From the sequence record SRR31156797_4760: a stretch of DNA of 39,975 nt; one strand, given 5' to 3'. Position numbers and translations under genes: made by a program. Below, piece after piece: positions 38,634 through 39,975 of the stretch; within the stretch, counting starts at the first letter, position 1; each line of letters begins with the position of its first letter. A model generated the notes under the pieces. It was given only the letters and a program-made list of their open reading frames with translations. It ran no database searches and was not told the origin of the DNA.

Positions 38634-39350
38634 ATGAAATCTATTTATCATCAAAATGAATCAAGGGGACTAGCAGATCATGGTTGGCTCAAAAGTAGAC
38701 ACACCTTTAGCTTTGCCGGTTATTACAACCCAGAACGCATGAATTTTGGATTATTGAGAGTGATCAATGATGACATCGTCAAACCATTAATGGGATTTGC
38801 AACTCATCCTCATGAAAATATGGAAATCGTTTCTATCCCACTCTCAGGGTCTTTGCGACATCAAGACAGTATGGGCAACAAGCACGTGATATCTACAGGT
38901 GAAGTCCAGATTATGTCAGCAGGAAGCGGCATAACCCACTCAGAGTATAATAATTCATCTTCAGAAGATGTCCATTTCCTTCAAATTTGGGTGCTGCCAA
39001 AAGAAAGGGATATTGCCCCGAGGTATGATCAAAAAGTCTTTGATGGGGATAATAGAAAGAACAAATTTCAGCTTCTTGTCGCACCAGAAACTTCGGGAGA
39101 AGCAGTTTGGATCAATCAGGATGCTTGGTTTTCATTAGCTGACATTGAAGCTAACCAGCAGACGAATTATAAGAAAAACAACACAAAAAATGGTGTTTAC
39201 TTCTTCGTCATCGAAGGTAATGTCAACATCGACGGTCGTGATGTTAAACAACGTGATGGGTTGGGAATAATTGATGGCGAAACCTACCCTATCGTAGCAC
39301 AAATCAAAACGCAGCTCCTGGCGATTGAAGTCCCATTGGTCGAAGCATAA
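38634..39350 (+). CDS. Pirin-family protein (YhhW-like bicupin)
   Basis: HGWLKSRHTFSF, LRVINDD, HPHENMEI, MSAGSGITHSE and FLQIW motifs. Confidence 0.95.
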   Translation: MKSIYHQNESRGLADHGWLKSRHTFSFAGYYNPERMNFGLLRVINDDIVKPLMGFATHPHENMEIVSIPLSGSLRHQDSMGNKHVISTGEVQIMSAGSGITHSEYNNSSSEDVHFLQIWVLPKERDIAPRYDQKVFDGDNRKNKFQLLVAPETSGEAVWINQDAWFSLADIEANQQTNYKKNNTKNGVYFFVIEGNVNIDGRDVKQRDGLGIIDGETYPIVAQIKTQLLAIEVPLVEA

Positions 39351-39377
39351 CAATAAATTAATCTACAAGGAGAAATT

Positions 39378-39944
39378 ATGAATTCGTTACGCGTTCTGGG
39401 AATTTGCGGCAGCCTGCGGAGGCAGTCCACTAATTTTGGGCTCTTGAGATATGCGAAAGAACATGCTCCATTGGGGATGGTAATTGAATTGGCAGATTTA
39501 CAAGATGTTCCTTTCTATAATGCAGACCTTAAAGAGATTCCAGGTCCTGTGCTGAAACTCAATGAGAGCATCGGAAATGCGGATGCATTACTCCTTGCTT
39601 GTCCTGAATATAACTATTCGCTTGCACCTGCACTTAAGAACTCACTCGATTGGGCTTCTCGTGCACCAGATAATCATCTGCTCAAAGGTAAACCTGCAGC
39701 AATACTTGGGTCGGGAGGTGGTATGGGCTCAGCAAGGTCTCAATATCACCTCAGACAAGTCTGTGTATATCTAGATCTTCACCCTTTAAATAGACCTGAA
39801 ATTTTCAGCAATGCTTTCAACGGGAGCTTTGACGAAGAAGGAAATGTAGTGAACCCCAAAATACAGGACCTTATAGTTGGCCAATTGCAGGCTTTACAGT
39901 CCTGGACCCAAACTATCCGGCTCTCCCTCAAAGAAGGGGGATGA
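39378..39944 (+). CDS. NAD(P)H-dependent FMN reductase (ChrR/YieF-like quinone reductase)
   Basis: GICGSLRRQSTN, PEYNYS, LKNSLDWASR and GGGMGSARSQYHLRQ motifs. Confidence 0.93.
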   Translation: MNSLRVLGICGSLRRQSTNFGLLRYAKEHAPLGMVIELADLQDVPFYNADLKEIPGPVLKLNESIGNADALLLACPEYNYSLAPALKNSLDWASRAPDNHLLKGKPAAILGSGGGMGSARSQYHLRQVCVYLDLHPLNRPEIFSNAFNGSFDEEGNVVNPKIQDLIVGQLQALQSWTQTIRLSLKEGG

Positions 39945-39975
39945 GAAAGGATAGAACTTACTTGATCAGTTTAGC

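Noticed and set aside
1..39975. CRISPR array, prophage, transposase, selenocysteine readthrough or programmed frameshift
   Set aside because: No regularly spaced direct repeats and no phage or transposase motifs. The recognised enzymes, including larC, appear full length in a single frame.

Overview
This is mostly a housekeeping chromosomal segment. The gene content (dapL, kdsA/kdsC/lptC, larC, tex) and protein style suggest an anaerobic Gram-negative deltaproteobacterium, possibly Desulfobulbales; that is an inference and was not checked by search. Left to right: the 3' part of tRNA-Asn(GTT) with its terminator; a hydantoinase/oxoprolinase-family gene; an outer-membrane beta-barrel; ccdA-like and TlpA redox genes; a MarR-adaptor-RND-TolC-thioesterase efflux operon; a MATE transporter; metF; a small ORF; YkgJ-plsY-DnaJ; def-fmt-larC-pgpA-amidohydrolase; pyrG-kdsA-kdsC-lptC followed by dapL; tex; SRPBCC and CBS proteins; glpX; PfpI, enoyl-CoA isomerase and LysE genes; and a short orphan IucA/IucC-like ligase. 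From about 34.5 kb the sequence is visibly AT-richer and gene-poor, with two orphan exported proteins, a SYLF lipoprotein and an MhqR-like MarR-pirin-FMN reductase module with two shared operators. I found no CRISPR array, transposase, integrase or prophage. The best leads are: (1) the stand-alone minimal IucA/IucC-like enzyme divergent from a LysE exporter; (2) a pyrG promoter whose start region has the geometry of the CTP-sensing E. coli pyrC promoter; (3) a GGA-dense intergenic stretch that could be a CsrA-binding sRNA; (4) several MITE- or REP-like elements.
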